64,000 nt of DNA from Desulfosporosinus sp. (GCA_036569365.1 DATCQU010000056.1:27506-91505), one strand, 5' to 3'; positions 1 to 10,534 are shown, counted from the first letter of the stretch. A program made the numbers and translations. Notes: generated from the letters alone by a model not told the origin.

Positions 1-104
1 CAAGAGAGTCACTGGGGGTAGTGGAGTGAGGTTGACCTAACGGCTAAAGTAGCATGCTTTTCTAGTAATTTGTATATAATTTTGCAATAAGTATATTAAT
101 TGGA

Positions 105-133
105 GAAATGTCATAGGAATGGCATTTTTTTTT
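105..133 (+). terminator. Probable intrinsic terminator
   Basis: Hairpin aaatgtcat-agga-atggcattt followed by a T-run. Confidence 0.5.
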
Positions 134-339
134 GTTATCATCTGCTTAACCTATATAATTTCAGCTCATATTTCAATAGAACCGTGCTGAAATACTAACC
201 TTGTAACGACTATATTTCGAACCAGTTGAGCTAGGATCTCTTCAGTGAAGGCTGGTATGTATGAATTGTGAAAGATTAGGAACTGGCCGCTGCTGCGAGG
301 ACTTTTCTCAAGGATAGTAATGACAGGAGGAAAATTATT

Positions 340-588
340 ATGGAAAAGAACAGTAAACCACGTCTATTTATACCAGTTACTGTAACTGTCCGAGGTAAGG
401 ATCCTGCAGAATTGATGCTTCCAGCCGATAGTCCGGCAGCAAAGACACTATTAACAGCGGCCAAAGATCTAGGTCGTGACCCAAGTGATGTACCTGATGG
501 GTCGATTGTTAAGTTTTATTCAAAGCGGCATTTGATATTGACATTACAACTTGCACAAAAAAAGAGCGGACAGAAACAATACAATTAA
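340..588 (+). CDS. Hypothetical protein (82 aa)
   Basis: ORF with strong AGGAGG RBS; no family recognised. Confidence 0.55.
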   Translation: MEKNSKPRLFIPVTVTVRGKDPAELMLPADSPAAKTLLTAAKDLGRDPSDVPDGSIVKFYSKRHLILTLQLAQKKSGQKQYN

Positions 589-649
589 AGTGGAGCATCA
601 AAACAGTGACAGTCTTCTTAAAGTTAACAAAAAAAGGAGGAGAAGGAAT

Positions 650-784
650 ATGAATGAGGGAAAGGCGGTAATCATTTTTATCTTGTTATCGGTAGTATTA
701 CTCGTAGGTATAGGTTTATTGCCTAAATCTCCAGTACCTGCTGCATCACCATCACCTATAGTGGCGGCGACAACGCAACAGTGA
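650..784 (+). CDS. Small membrane protein (44 aa; one TM helix, Pro/Ala tail)
   Basis: ATG at 650 after GGAGGAG; hydrophobic VIIFILLSVVLLVGIGLL. Confidence 0.5.
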   Translation: MNEGKAVIIFILLSVVLLVGIGLLPKSPVPAASPSPIVAATTQQ

Positions 785-793
785 TGGTTAGAC

Positions 794-1054
794 ATGTGGA
801 ATATTTTAGAAGGTGAGAGGATTTTCATATTGAACTTCGCAAATGGGATGACCTGTGAAATCATGATCTCGAACGGAACCTTCACAGTTGGCTATGTCAA
901 TGGCAAACCAGCTGAATGGGTTGGTAACAATAAACTATTAACTCATGGAGTTAATTTTCGACTGATTAAAGATGAAGGGTCCACAATCATATTCAGTAAG
1001 CAAAAATTCCGGTGTACTGGCAACTATGGTGTTAATCAAGTAGAACTTGATTAA
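794..1054 (+). CDS. Hypothetical protein (86 aa)
   Basis: ORF directly after the previous gene; weak RBS. Confidence 0.4.
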   Translation: MWNILEGERIFILNFANGMTCEIMISNGTFTVGYVNGKPAEWVGNNKLLTHGVNFRLIKDEGSTIIFSKQKFRCTGNYGVNQVELD

Positions 1055-1082
1055 CACCTGAAATTAGGAAGGGTGATAAGAC

Positions 1083-1176
1083 ATGTTATCGTTAGTAATA
1101 ACTCTAGTAGTCTTATGGCTTCTTGCATTGTTACTGCGTATGCTATGTGCGGAGTAATACATATCTTCTCGTAATT
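1083..1176 (+). pseudogene. Frameshifted lmo0937-family small membrane protein
   Basis: MLSLVITLVVLWLL continues in another frame as IVTAYAMCGVIHI, matching the family pattern VLWLLG-x-VTAY-x-MGG-x-IHILLV; RBS GGAAGGGTG. Confidence 0.55.
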
Positions 1177-1220
1177 TAATAAGTAAGCTATTATCCATGT
1201 TTCATAAAGCTTATTTTAAT

Positions 1221-1270
1221 AGCAGAGAGCCTCAAATCCGCTTGTAGTGCGGATTTGAGGCTCTCTGTTT
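1221..1270. terminator. Bidirectional terminator
   Basis: Long inverted repeat cagagagcctcaaatccgc...gcggatttgaggctctctg between convergent genes. Confidence 0.75.
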
Positions 1271-1346
1271 GAGTGTAGCTGTTAACAATAATCGTGAAAC
1301 AGTTTAGAGTGATAATTTGGCTATAAGATGAACACTAAGGGTGTCC

Positions 1347-2018
1347 TTAGGAAAAATGATAAGTCCAGAACGATTCGGTCTCGAGTAGGTGACTAAACGA
1401 GCTCTCGAACGACTGCTCCTTGAATTGACCATTCGCGACACGGGCGAGAATCGCTTGTGATTGTGACCTGTGTGCCCGAATCGCAGCCATCTTCACTTCA
1501 GACATGGCCGTTATGTCGTTGATGATATCCGGCAGGCCGAGTATTTCTCGACTGTCGCGAGAGAAAGCATGCGCGTAGACTAGAGGGCGTTCCTGAACGG
1601 AAAGACGAGAAATGGCACGAATTGTCACTTCTCCCAGAGCATTGTGATCCGGGTGAACAGCATATCCTGGATAGTGGGTAAGGACCAGGGAGGGCCGAAT
1701 CTCGCGGAGGATCCGCTCAATTCTATCGATTAAGATTTCGGGATCTTCAAACTCTATTGTTTTATCTCGCAATCCGAGTTTAATCACATTTTTGATTCCA
1801 AGAGCCTGGCAAGCTTCCTTCAGTTCTGCCTCCCGAATAGTAGGCAATGACTCTCGGGTGGCAAAGAACGGTTTTCCCATATTGCGCCCCATTTGGCCCA
1901 TCGTACCGCAGACATAAGTGACAGGAACACCTGATTTGGCGAATTGTGCTATGGTTCCACCACAGCCAAACGTTTCGTCGTCTGGATGTGGGAAAACTAC
2001 GAGAACATGTTGTTCCAA
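1347..2018 (-). CDS. bshB2: Bacillithiol biosynthesis deacetylase BshB2 (PIG-L family)
   Basis: PHPDDE and HPDH motifs; GQMGRNMGKPFFATRESLP; adjacent to yojF. Confidence 0.9.
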   Translation of the reverse strand: MEQHVLVVFPHPDDETFGCGGTIAQFAKSGVPVTYVCGTMGQMGRNMGKPFFATRESLPTIREAELKEACQALGIKNVIKLGLRDKTIEFEDPEILIDRIERILREIRPSLVLTHYPGYAVHPDHNALGEVTIRAISRLSVQERPLVYAHAFSRDSREILGLPDIINDITAMSEVKMAAIRAHRSQSQAILARVANGQFKEQSFESSFSHLLETESFWTYHFS

Positions 2019-2093
2019 GAATTATTCCTCCCACGTTAATCCAAATTTAATTGACCACGCATAAACACCCGGCAGCGGGCGATGGCGGCGTAT

Positions 2094-2444
2094 TTACAGT
2101 TTAAAAGGGTATAAACTGAGTTCCATTGCTACAGCCAGACGCCCCTCTTGATCATGGCCTGCGAGCAATAGTTGACCATCTTCCTCCATCTCAAAGTCGG
2201 TCAATTCTTCGGCGTAAACCCAGCCATATTCTAGCTTGAGTCCGACGCGGTACGGGCCGTCACCCGTGATGATTCCTCGCCCGAAGTAGATACGAGCATT
2301 GCGAATATATGCACCTACAGTCATGTTGCTCTCTTTGCTATGGGCAGCATAGGCTCCGTTGGTCGTTTCTAGGTGGAGAAATACTTCGCGGTTGAGAAAA
2401 TTATCTAACGCGGGTTGCAGAATCGACTTATCAATTGGGTTCAT
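2094..2444 (-). CDS. yojF: YojF family protein (DUF1806)
   Basis: HLETTNGAYAAH...GPYRVGLK signature; synteny with bshB2. Confidence 0.88.
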   Translation of the reverse strand: MNPIDKSILQPALDNFLNREVFLHLETTNGAYAAHSKESNMTVGAYIRNARIYFGRGIITGDGPYRVGLKLEYGWVYAEELTDFEMEEDGQLLLAGHDQEGRLAVAMELSLYPFKL

Positions 2445-2500
2445 GAACTATTCACCACCTTAACTAATGTTTCTTTCTTCATTATAGCCTAGTTTATAGG

Positions 2501-3331
2501 CTATCGTTTAATTTGATAAACAATATAACTTAATCCCAAGGTAAATGAGGAAAAGATCAAGGCTAGTGCTGAAAAAGCGAGTATATAGGCATTATAATGG
2601 GCCATTTGCGAAATATAACTGTAGGCATTGACACCCATGATGTTACCCATGATCGTCAGAATTAATAAAACTACGTAAAGTGAAATGAGTCCTTGGGTGG
2701 CCCCTTTGATATCGGCACCGCTTAACGCCATGTGCGAAGAGACACCAATAGCAATCAGGAGAAAAATCCAGAAATGGGGTTTGAATAAATTACCCAAGCT
2801 AAAGATGCTTTGGATTAAGACGAGACTGGCATTGGCCAATCCTTGGATAAAGGCAAGATCAAAGGCTTTTGTCAGCATACCGGTTTGCAAATAGACTTCA
2901 AAGACTTTGAAGGAGTTCGGTAATAAATAATATAGACTAAGAAACAGGGCACCAATGCCGCTGATAATAGGTGCTATACCAATAAAGAAATTGCCCACCG
3001 TTTGGTAAACACTCCTGCGATTATACGAATGCGTAACATAGCCCAAGGTGCCATCGGCTCGGTTGATCATTAATAATCTCATATCCGTAATTTTATGACC
3101 AAAAATCAGACACATTAGAGCGTGACCCATTTCGTGTACCGGGGTGCCTATCCAAGCGGTTGCTAAAATTCCTTTATAACCAAACGCAGCAAAGAAGTAA
3201 CGATTGGCTTGTCGCTCCATCGAGCCCAAGATCAATCCGATGACAATCACCGGTCCAACAAGACTTATCATTTCTAAGATACTCAGTTTGAAGACTTCTA
3301 CTAAAAATTGTTCCATAATCGATACTCTCAT
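2501..3331 (-). CDS. Membrane protein with HExxH motif (M50-like metalloprotease)
   Basis: GTPVHEMGH, multiple TM helices, HMALSGAD. Confidence 0.65.
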   Translation of the reverse strand: MRVSIMEQFLVEVFKLSILEMISLVGPVIVIGLILGSMERQANRYFFAAFGYKGILATAWIGTPVHEMGHALMCLIFGHKITDMRLLMINRADGTLGYVTHSYNRRSVYQTVGNFFIGIAPIISGIGALFLSLYYLLPNSFKVFEVYLQTGMLTKAFDLAFIQGLANASLVLIQSIFSLGNLFKPHFWIFLLIAIGVSSHMALSGADIKGATQGLISLYVVLLILTIMGNIMGVNAYSYISQMAHYNAYILAFSALALIFSSFTLGLSYIVYQIKR

Positions 3332-3342
3332 TTCATTAGAGA

Positions 3343-3372
3343 AGAAGAGCGAAACAATTGTTTCGCTCTTCT
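3343..3372. terminator. Palindromic terminator
   Basis: Perfect inverted repeat agaagagcgaaacaattgtttcgctcttct. Confidence 0.55.
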
Positions 3373-3404
3373 CACTTTAGCACGATGCTTGCAAGGGGCA
3401 TGCT

Positions 3405-4652
3405 TTAATATCTTAAAAGACGCCATAGAAGCCCGGGCGGGTTAATTTGTTGTGTGTTTTGGAGCGGAACGGTCTGGATCTCTTGACCCGCTTGAAGAGT
3501 TAAGGTTGCAACATTTTTAACAGGTAAAATGGGTAATTTCGGATTATTAAGCTTAATCGAATACGCAATTTCCATGCCAGGATAGCCGAAAATTTGGACA
3601 GGTTTCGTTGTTTTCAAATCACTTTTACTGTTCCAAGGACTTGAGATTTGACCAAAACCAGAACTAGGCTGAGCGATCGGATATAATTTAAATTGGGATC
3701 GTACCTGGTCCAAAATTTTGACGTTTTCATCCAGAGCGGTTTTTAGGGATTGAACGCTCTGCTGACCCAACACGACGGCAATAATATAATGTGTTTCGGC
3801 TCCAGCAGTTACCGGTGACGCCGAGACAAAGTTACCGCCGGCTTTCGAGGTCGATCCGGTTTTAATTCCCACAACCCCATGTTTACCGAGCATCCCGTTG
3901 ACATTAAATACAGTACCGGCTACGGGAAGGGTTGCTTGAGGCATGGCGACCACTTCGCGAAAAATTGGGTCTTCCATCGCCACTTGCGCAATTTTCAGTT
4001 GATCCTCTGCGTTGCTCACGGTCGTTGGACTCACGCCACTGGCATCACCATAGTGAGTAACGGTCATACCCAGGGATTTAGCTGTTTCATTCATCTTGAC
4101 CACAAAAGCTGCATCCGAGCCAGAGACCCAGCGGCCTAATCTGTCCGCGATATTGTCTCCAGACGGTAACATTAAGCCTTCCAGGAGTTGTCTTTCGGTC
4201 AGGCTTTCCCCTTCAGCAACCTTTAACACAGAATAGCCATTATTGAGAGCGGTTTGGTACTCGGTGACATCTTGTGCAGTCATTGTTAAGCTGGGCCCAT
4301 CTTCACCCGCCTTCAAAGGATGAGACTTTAATACCAAATAAGCCGTCATGATTTTTGCTACGCTGGCAATTGGGATTGGAGTTTTGACTTCCGTGGATGC
4401 AATCACGCCAAAGTTTTCTGTGCCGACGGCCGATTGACCTTGTTGCGGGAAGCTGACTGAAAAGCTGCCAGGCAAATTAACGGTCGGAGATATGGGCTTT
4501 GCCTCAACGGTAGGATATGGTCGAAAAACTTGAACAATGCACCCTACAATAAGTAATAAGATAATGACCAAACTTAAGATCACTCTGAAGTTCGGAGACT
4601 TCAAAGCCTTCATAGACACTGACATGACGACCTCCCTATAATAATATTTCAC
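3405..4652 (-). CDS. D-alanyl-D-alanine carboxypeptidase (peptidase S11)
   Basis: ASVAKIMT (SxxK), LPSGDN, GIKTG; N-terminal anchor. Confidence 0.85.
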   Translation of the reverse strand: MKYYYREVVMSVSMKALKSPNFRVILSLVIILLLIVGCIVQVFRPYPTVEAKPISPTVNLPGSFSVSFPQQGQSAVGTENFGVIASTEVKTPIPIASVAKIMTAYLVLKSHPLKAGEDGPSLTMTAQDVTEYQTALNNGYSVLKVAEGESLTERQLLEGLMLPSGDNIADRLGRWVSGSDAAFVVKMNETAKSLGMTVTHYGDASGVSPTTVSNAEDQLKIAQVAMEDPIFREVVAMPQATLPVAGTVFNVNGMLGKHGVVGIKTGSTSKAGGNFVSASPVTAGAETHYIIAVVLGQQSVQSLKTALDENVKILDQVRSQFKLYPIAQPSSGFGQISSPWNSKSDLKTTKPVQIFGYPGMEIAYSIKLNNPKLPILPVKNVATLTLQAGQEIQTVPLQNTQQINPPGLLWRLLRY

Positions 4653-4751
4653 TGGGTGTGTTCATTGTACAGGAAGTTGAGGGATTCGACAAGAAAAGAG
4701 AAGCGGTAGATGTTTTGTCGACTAGGCTCAGGTAACTGAAGCTGAAGGACA

Positions 4752-5443
4752 TTATTCGTTTGACCGATAAGGTTGCTTATACAGGTCCAGCTTTTTCAAA
4801 CCGTTCTTGCGAGCTGATGTAACCCAGCCTCTACCGCCAACGAACAAGTAGAAACGTCTTAACAATGGGGAATTGACGCCAATATTGATATGATCTGTCC
4901 TGTCCTGGTAGCGTGCTCCTGTTGAAGGTCTTCGGCTATTGAGGAAAAGGCATCCTTAAGTTGTTGAACGGTCTTTTTCATAAAAGGTGCATCCTTCGCT
5001 GCAATCATCATGGGGCCTCCTCCGATGAGAACGCCGAATCGGAACTGAGCATGGATATGTTGGCTAAAGCTCTTGATCACTCTGATGGCCTCAAGGTTTA
5101 TTTCTGATTCAGGAAACCCGCAGTTAACAATAGCATAGACTTTGACCTGTTTTCTGGCGTTTTTGCTTGCTGAGTAATGGTTATAATAATCTTGTAAAAA
5201 CTGTGTTAACATACCTGGCAGGCAATAAACGTACAGAGGAAAGGATAGTATGATGACGTCTGCCTTCGAAAGTGCTTCGTAAGCCTCAGATAATGAGTGA
5301 TTTGAGATACTTTTTCTAACATCCATAAAAGTCTTGTTAAAAACAGCGCCATCGATCTGGCTTCCTACCATTTCTAAGAATTGTTTGGAGACAGATTGTT
5401 CGTTGATTTTAGGGCTGGCACTGATTAAAAGGATATTTTTCAT
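4752..5443 (-). pseudogene. Flavodoxin-like NAD(P)H-dependent oxidoreductase, frameshifted near the C-terminus
   Basis: SASPK, FPLYVYCLPG, NCGFPE motifs; ORF stops at 4859 but a family-like C-terminus (RRFYLFVGGRGWVTSARKNGLKKLDLYKQPY) continues in another frame to 4752. Confidence 0.7.
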
Positions 5444-5995
5444 GATTTTATACCCACTCTTCCAAGCTCCATTGTATTCAACGCCTTAGTGATGTTCTCG
5501 GCTGTTTCGTCATAGATCAGAACTTCAATATTTCCACGATGTTTCTTTGTAATGTCAATAAAGAGCTGCTTATCTTCATCAGATATCAGATCTCCGTAAC
5601 CGATGATAATCTGCTTGGGGTATGTGTCATACCGGGGTGGATGCAGTGTTTGGCCGTCTGACCTTCTTTTAAAAAATGGCAGGGCATTGGGTATGCTCCG
5701 ATCCATAGTATTCTTGATATTGGCACTGAACTGCCCAAAGATGATTGGGCTGAGATAAATGACCGTGTCGCTGTTCATGACACTGCGGTTGATTGCGGCC
5801 ATTATGTCGTTGATAACACATTCTCCAGGTTTTTTGATCCAACAACCAAAGCAGCCCATGCAAAAGGTCAGGTTATCCGTTCCAACCTCTATCATCTCTG
5901 TTTCCAAGCCCTTGGCATTCAAATAGTTTTCAATCAGACGTTTTAGACCAGGTTTTAGTTTGATACTCCTTATCCGAAATTAATATGGCGTTCAT
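5440..5995 (-). pseudogene. Iron-sulfur flavoprotein/flavodoxin family protein, frameshifted near the N-terminus
   Basis: CMGCFGCWIKKPGEC motif; ATG at 5995 with GGGAGTGAG RBS (MNAILISDKEYQ) is out of frame with the 5440-5922 body. Confidence 0.7.
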
Positions 5996-6226
5996 TTACT
6001 CACTCCCGATTCCGATAATGTGGTGCATCACTCTTTCTCTTTGATTTTACAGGAAAACCTTGGTGATATAAAGGCTGACTTGTCTCTGAGCTTGCAAGCT
6101 TGCATGAGAAAAGAGCGATATATTTACATCGGCTTTGTTAAAGATAGGGGGATTTGGTTGGCTCGATGTCGAATTTATAAGTATCATTTGGAATGAAAAT
6201 ATGATTACGTCGCAGGAGGTAGTAAT

Positions 6227-6619
6227 GTGTTTGACAGATACCAAGATAAGGTCTCACTGGTATTTTCAGAGAAGAATTTTTGGCGGAAAGTGCAGAAATA
6301 TGCTCGTAGCGCTGGAATTAAGGTGATCTATGTGGCCCTCTTGCTGTACTATGCGTTAAGGGAACCGAAGACACCCTCTTGGGCAAAAGGGGTCATTCTC
6401 AGTGCCTTAGGTTATTTTATTAGCCCAATCGATGCGATCCCCGATATTGTGCCTGTGGCAGGGTATACTGATGATCTTGGCGTGTTAGTATTGGCGTTAG
6501 TAGCTGTAGGGATGTTTATTGACCATAATGTTAAGTCTCAGGCTCGTGAGAAGATATTGGAATGGTTTCCTAACGTTGCGGAAGAGGAATTTCGGGATAT
6601 CGATGAAAAGCTTCAGTGA
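6227..6619 (+). CDS. YkvA/DUF1232 family membrane protein
   Basis: LGYFISPIDAIPDIVPVAGYTDD signature. Confidence 0.88.
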   Translation: MFDRYQDKVSLVFSEKNFWRKVQKYARSAGIKVIYVALLLYYALREPKTPSWAKGVILSALGYFISPIDAIPDIVPVAGYTDDLGVLVLALVAVGMFIDHNVKSQAREKILEWFPNVAEEEFRDIDEKLQ

Positions 6620-6679
6620 TCGTAGGGTGTTGACAACGAATGACATCAAATAAAGGATAAAGGTAAAGGATTAAAAATC

Positions 6680-7069
6680 ATGAAGGAAGTAACCGCTGCA
6701 ATCCTTTTTAAGGATAACAAAGTCCTGATCGCCCAAAGGGCACCAGGTGAGAATATGGCAGGTAAATGGGAGTTTCCAGGCGGCAAAATTGAACCTGGTG
6801 AGACTCCGAAAGAATGCTTGAAACGAGAGATCAGAGAAGAACTGAATGTCGATATCAAAGTTTTGGATTTTTTCGGCGAAAGCATCTATGCGTATCATAG
6901 TGGGACCATTAAATTGCTGGCTTTCCGGTGCGAGTGGGTCTCAGGTGACTTCACGTTGAACGTACACAGCCACATCGTGTGGGCAAATCGCCTCGAGTTA
7001 GACGGATACGACTTTTCCCCTGCAGATATTCCACTGATGGAGAAGCTAATGGCTCAAAAAGAACCATGA
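6680..7069 (+). CDS. NUDIX hydrolase, MutT/NudG-like
   Basis: Nudix box WEFPGGKIEPGETPKECLKREIREEL. Confidence 0.9.
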   Translation: MKEVTAAILFKDNKVLIAQRAPGENMAGKWEFPGGKIEPGETPKECLKREIREELNVDIKVLDFFGESIYAYHSGTIKLLAFRCEWVSGDFTLNVHSHIVWANRLELDGYDFSPADIPLMEKLMAQKEP

Positions 7070-7089
7070 TCGTTAAAGATCATGGTTTC
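7061..7089. terminator. Terminator between convergent genes
   Basis: gaaccatgatc-gttaaa-gatcatggtttc. Confidence 0.55.
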
Positions 7090-7097
7090 GTGAAGGG

Positions 7098-7217
7098 TTA
7101 TTTATTCGTGCTGTGCTGCTTATTAGGTAACTTTTTGTCGGGACTTCCTTTTCCTTGATGCTTTTTATTGTCTTCGGCTTTCTCCTGTGTATCGTGTATT
7201 TTCTCTAATTTATCCAT
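7098..7217 (-). CDS. DUF4023-like small protein (39 aa), absent from the ORF track
   Basis: MDKLEKIHDTQEKAEDNKKHQGKGSPDKKLPNKQHSTNK; RBS AAGGAGGGA. Confidence 0.75.
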   Translation of the reverse strand: MDKLEKIHDTQEKAEDNKKHQGKGSPDKKLPNKQHSTNK

Positions 7218-7641
7218 CAATTTCCCTCCTTGATTATGGAACCTCGTTGTTAATTTAACCATACGTCCTTGAAATCATGCTTCGTCTTTGACGATTTATT
7301 GGAGAGGCAATAAGTGGTACTCGACTAGGTATTGCTAGTGCAGTCCATTCTGATTTTGATTTTGATATAACCTAAGTGCTCAATAAATTCATGGATGGTC
7401 TCAGTACGACAACATATTAATTGTGTAGGGTAGCACCCAAGTGACGCTTGTTTCTTGGATAGCTACCTTTTTCTATTTGACCAGATGCTGCCTGACGAAC
7501 GGGCAATGGGTTCTAATTACTCCTTTGAAAATACTATAAAACATGGGTAGGATTCGACCCTACAATGCGACAAATTTCTGCCAGTAAGGGAGTTACAATA
7601 GAAGGAATCACCAGCATTATCGTAAAAAGGAAGGTTTTGTT

Positions 7642-10296
7642 TTGTACTATAACTTCTTAATTAATGTTATCGTGGTGTTATTTCTCTGCGGCGTTGTCAT
7701 AATAATAGACTTGTCTATCCGGAGAAAATACGCTCAATACATTTTAGGCGTTATGTTCGGTCTGATCACGATATTTGTCATGACCAGCAAAATCATGGTT
7801 CTCGAAGGTCGCTTTTATGATTTGCGACATATTATTATGACGATGGCTGGTTTTATCGGTGGTCCAGTGACCGCAGTGATCGCAGCAATCATAAGTTCTG
7901 TATATCGGTACAATGTGGGCGGAAGCGGTTCGATGGGCGGCATCACCGCTATTATTGTTTTTGCGTGTTTTGGGAGTATCTTAGGGAGATGGGTAAAGAG
8001 TAACCAAAATGGCAAGAAAGTTCTGTTTTGGTTTATCATCGGCATCGTTATGGCACTTGTTCTAATCGTCATACTTGCATTTGCACCCCCATGGAAGGGC
8101 GATTCAGTCAAGATCCTTAGAATGGTTACCGGACCATTTTTAATAATAACTCCAATAATAACGACCATCATATTTAACTTCTACTACTGGACCTATGAAT
8201 TCTTTGGTAAAGCGTCAATACTAAATACCATCATAAACTCCAGTCCCATAAACTTAATGATTTTTGATACTAATGGACCAATTCTGCTGAGCAAAAATCT
8301 AAAAATGAAGCTCCAAGCTTCTACGGATTTTGAAAACTTGTTCCCAGTGTTGGACATCGATAAAACTTGGCTGAAGACGACTGAACCACAGCATAGGGAA
8401 ATCTCTACCGAAGACGGAAGGCGCTTTGTCGCTGACTTGTCTGGGTTTCAGATGCCCAGTGGCAAAAACGCCTGTGTAGCGATTCTTAATGATGTAACTG
8501 ATCGGAACAAAGATCAGGAAACGCTCAAGGAAGCAATAGAGCGATTTTTCAAAGTTTTCCATTTTGGTCCACATATGATGACTATTCTAAGAACACCAGA
8601 CTATAGATATGTTGATGTTAACCGTCGTTTTCTTGAAGCTAGGGGTTTTACCCGTGAGGATATTATTGGCAAAACACCCCTTGAGATTGGTGTGCCCGAA
8701 CGTGAATTTAATCAAACTATTCAGATGCTGGAGGACCAAGGGTCAGTACAAAACCTTGAATGTTCACTAGTTACGAAAAGCGGTTCAATCGGCACAATCA
8801 TTCTTTCTGCTGAAAAGATACATGTTGACGATCGGGAATGTATTCTGTTTGCTTATAATGATGTGACGGAAATGAAGCGCATGCAAACAGAAAGGCTAGA
8901 CCAGCTTACCAAATACTTACAACTAGAGGCGGATCTTTCCCAGAGTAACCAACAAATAGCGGATATTATCGATAATATGTCCGACGGGTTCTATGTGTTA
9001 GATCATCAATGGCGCTTTACTTATATCAATAAAAAGGCAGAGGAGTTCATGCTAAAAACACGAGACGAACTGTTGGGTAAAGTTTTCTGGGATATGATCC
9101 CTCGAGCACGAGGAACCTTACTCGAATTAAATTATCAAAAAGTGATGGACGATTCTGTTTCGCTTGCCTTTGAATTTCTTAGCGTGATTAATAAAGATAC
9201 ATGGTATCAAATGACAGTGTACCCCTCCCAGTTTGGATTGTCTGTTTATTATAAGGATGTTACTGAACGGAAATTAGCACGTGAGAAGTTGATTCAATCT
9301 CAACAAGAGATGGCTTCTATTCTGGAAAGTATGACCGATTGCTTTGTGGCGATTAATAGTGACTGGAGAATCACCTATCTAAATCGTGCAGGCGAACTAG
9401 CCTTCGGAAAATCTCGTGATGAGATGGTGGGCAAACAACTCACTGAAGTCGCTAAGATCAATGATACTGCCCTACAACACTACCATGAAGTCATGAGTGA
9501 AAAAAACCCGGTTAGTTTTGAAATCATGTCCGTGGCTTTAGGTAATAAATGGTTAGAGATAAATGCCTACCCGACAGAAAATGGACTGACTTGTTATTTC
9601 CGAGATATTACCAGTCGTAAGATATCAGAGAAGGAATTTGCCAGGCTCGATCGCCTTGACCTTGTAGGGCAATTAGCTGCCGGAATTGCGCATGAAATAA
9701 GAAATCCTATGACAACGGTGCGAGGTTATCTCCAACTCTTGGGGACAAAACCAGGGTATGCAGCCCAAAAGACTACCTTCGAGCTGATGATCTCGGAACT
9801 CGATCGGGCAAATGCGATCATTACGGAATTTCTCTCACTGGCTCAAACCAAACAATCTGAACTGATAGCACAGAATCTGAACGACATTCTCAGTAATTTA
9901 TATCCTCTTCTAGAAGCGGACGCGTTTACCCATAATAAACAAATTTCTTTTATGCCCGGGGAGATTCCCAATTTAGAAATAAATGCTAAAGAAATGACCC
10001 AACTGGTTCTTAATTTAGCACGCAATGGATTTGAGGCAATGCTGGAAAGAGGTTGTCTAACGATTAAAAGCTATGTACAGGATGGTATGGTAGTCCTTGC
10101 CATTGCGGATGAGGGATGTGGTATCTCTCCAGAGAATATTAGTAAGGCAGGAACCCCCTTCTTTACGACTAAAGATAATGGGACTGGATTAGGCTTAGCA
10201 ACCTGTTACAAAATTGCAGAATCTCATAACGTTAAGATCCAGATTGAATCTAGTTCTAGGGGGACAACCTTCTTTGTATTTTTTCCTATACCCTAA
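7642..10296 (+). CDS. Membrane sensor histidine kinase (5TM-LytS-type N-terminus, multiple PAS domains, HisKA, HATPase)
   Basis: YDLRHIIMTMAGFIGGP; PAS repeats; H-box AHEIRNP; G boxes DEGCG and GTGLGL. Confidence 0.9.
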   Translation: MYYNFLINVIVVLFLCGVVIIIDLSIRRKYAQYILGVMFGLITIFVMTSKIMVLEGRFYDLRHIIMTMAGFIGGPVTAVIAAIISSVYRYNVGGSGSMGGITAIIVFACFGSILGRWVKSNQNGKKVLFWFIIGIVMALVLIVILAFAPPWKGDSVKILRMVTGPFLIITPIITTIIFNFYYWTYEFFGKASILNTIINSSPINLMIFDTNGPILLSKNLKMKLQASTDFENLFPVLDIDKTWLKTTEPQHREISTEDGRRFVADLSGFQMPSGKNACVAILNDVTDRNKDQETLKEAIERFFKVFHFGPHMMTILRTPDYRYVDVNRRFLEARGFTREDIIGKTPLEIGVPEREFNQTIQMLEDQGSVQNLECSLVTKSGSIGTIILSAEKIHVDDRECILFAYNDVTEMKRMQTERLDQLTKYLQLEADLSQSNQQIADIIDNMSDGFYVLDHQWRFTYINKKAEEFMLKTRDELLGKVFWDMIPRARGTLLELNYQKVMDDSVSLAFEFLSVINKDTWYQMTVYPSQFGLSVYYKDVTERKLAREKLIQSQQEMASILESMTDCFVAINSDWRITYLNRAGELAFGKSRDEMVGKQLTEVAKINDTALQHYHEVMSEKNPVSFEIMSVALGNKWLEINAYPTENGLTCYFRDITSRKISEKEFARLDRLDLVGQLAAGIAHEIRNPMTTVRGYLQLLGTKPGYAAQKTTFELMISELDRANAIITEFLSLAQTKQSELIAQNLNDILSNLYPLLEADAFTHNKQISFMPGEIPNLEINAKEMTQLVLNLARNGFEAMLERGCLTIKSYVQDGMVVLAIADEGCGISPENISKAGTPFFTTKDNGTGLGLATCYKIAESHNVKIQIESSSRGTTFFVFFPIP

Positions 10297-10311
10297 GACG
10301 GCACATAACGA

Positions 10312-10343
10312 AGGAGGACTTAGAAATGGCTAAGTCCTCCTTT
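10312..10343 (+). terminator. Intrinsic terminator
   Basis: aaggaggacttag...ctaagtcctccttt. Confidence 0.7.
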
Positions 10344-10534
10344 GCGTACATGACAAGTCATCTGTATTAATAACGTGAATGTTGCATAGTTTTAAGTAGA
10401 ACAAAGTTTAACAAATTAAACATTGACCAACCAAACTAAAACAAAGATATTGTTGACAAGACATAAAAGTATAAGGGGCGAATTGTAAGTTGATTCGTAA
10501 GATGTATGGATGGGGACTTCTCGTGAGGAAGGGG

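Noticed and set aside
3405-4652. Inactive carboxypeptidase (SGD instead of SxN)
   Set aside because: SxxK and KTG are intact and SxD variants exist; not enough to call it inactive.
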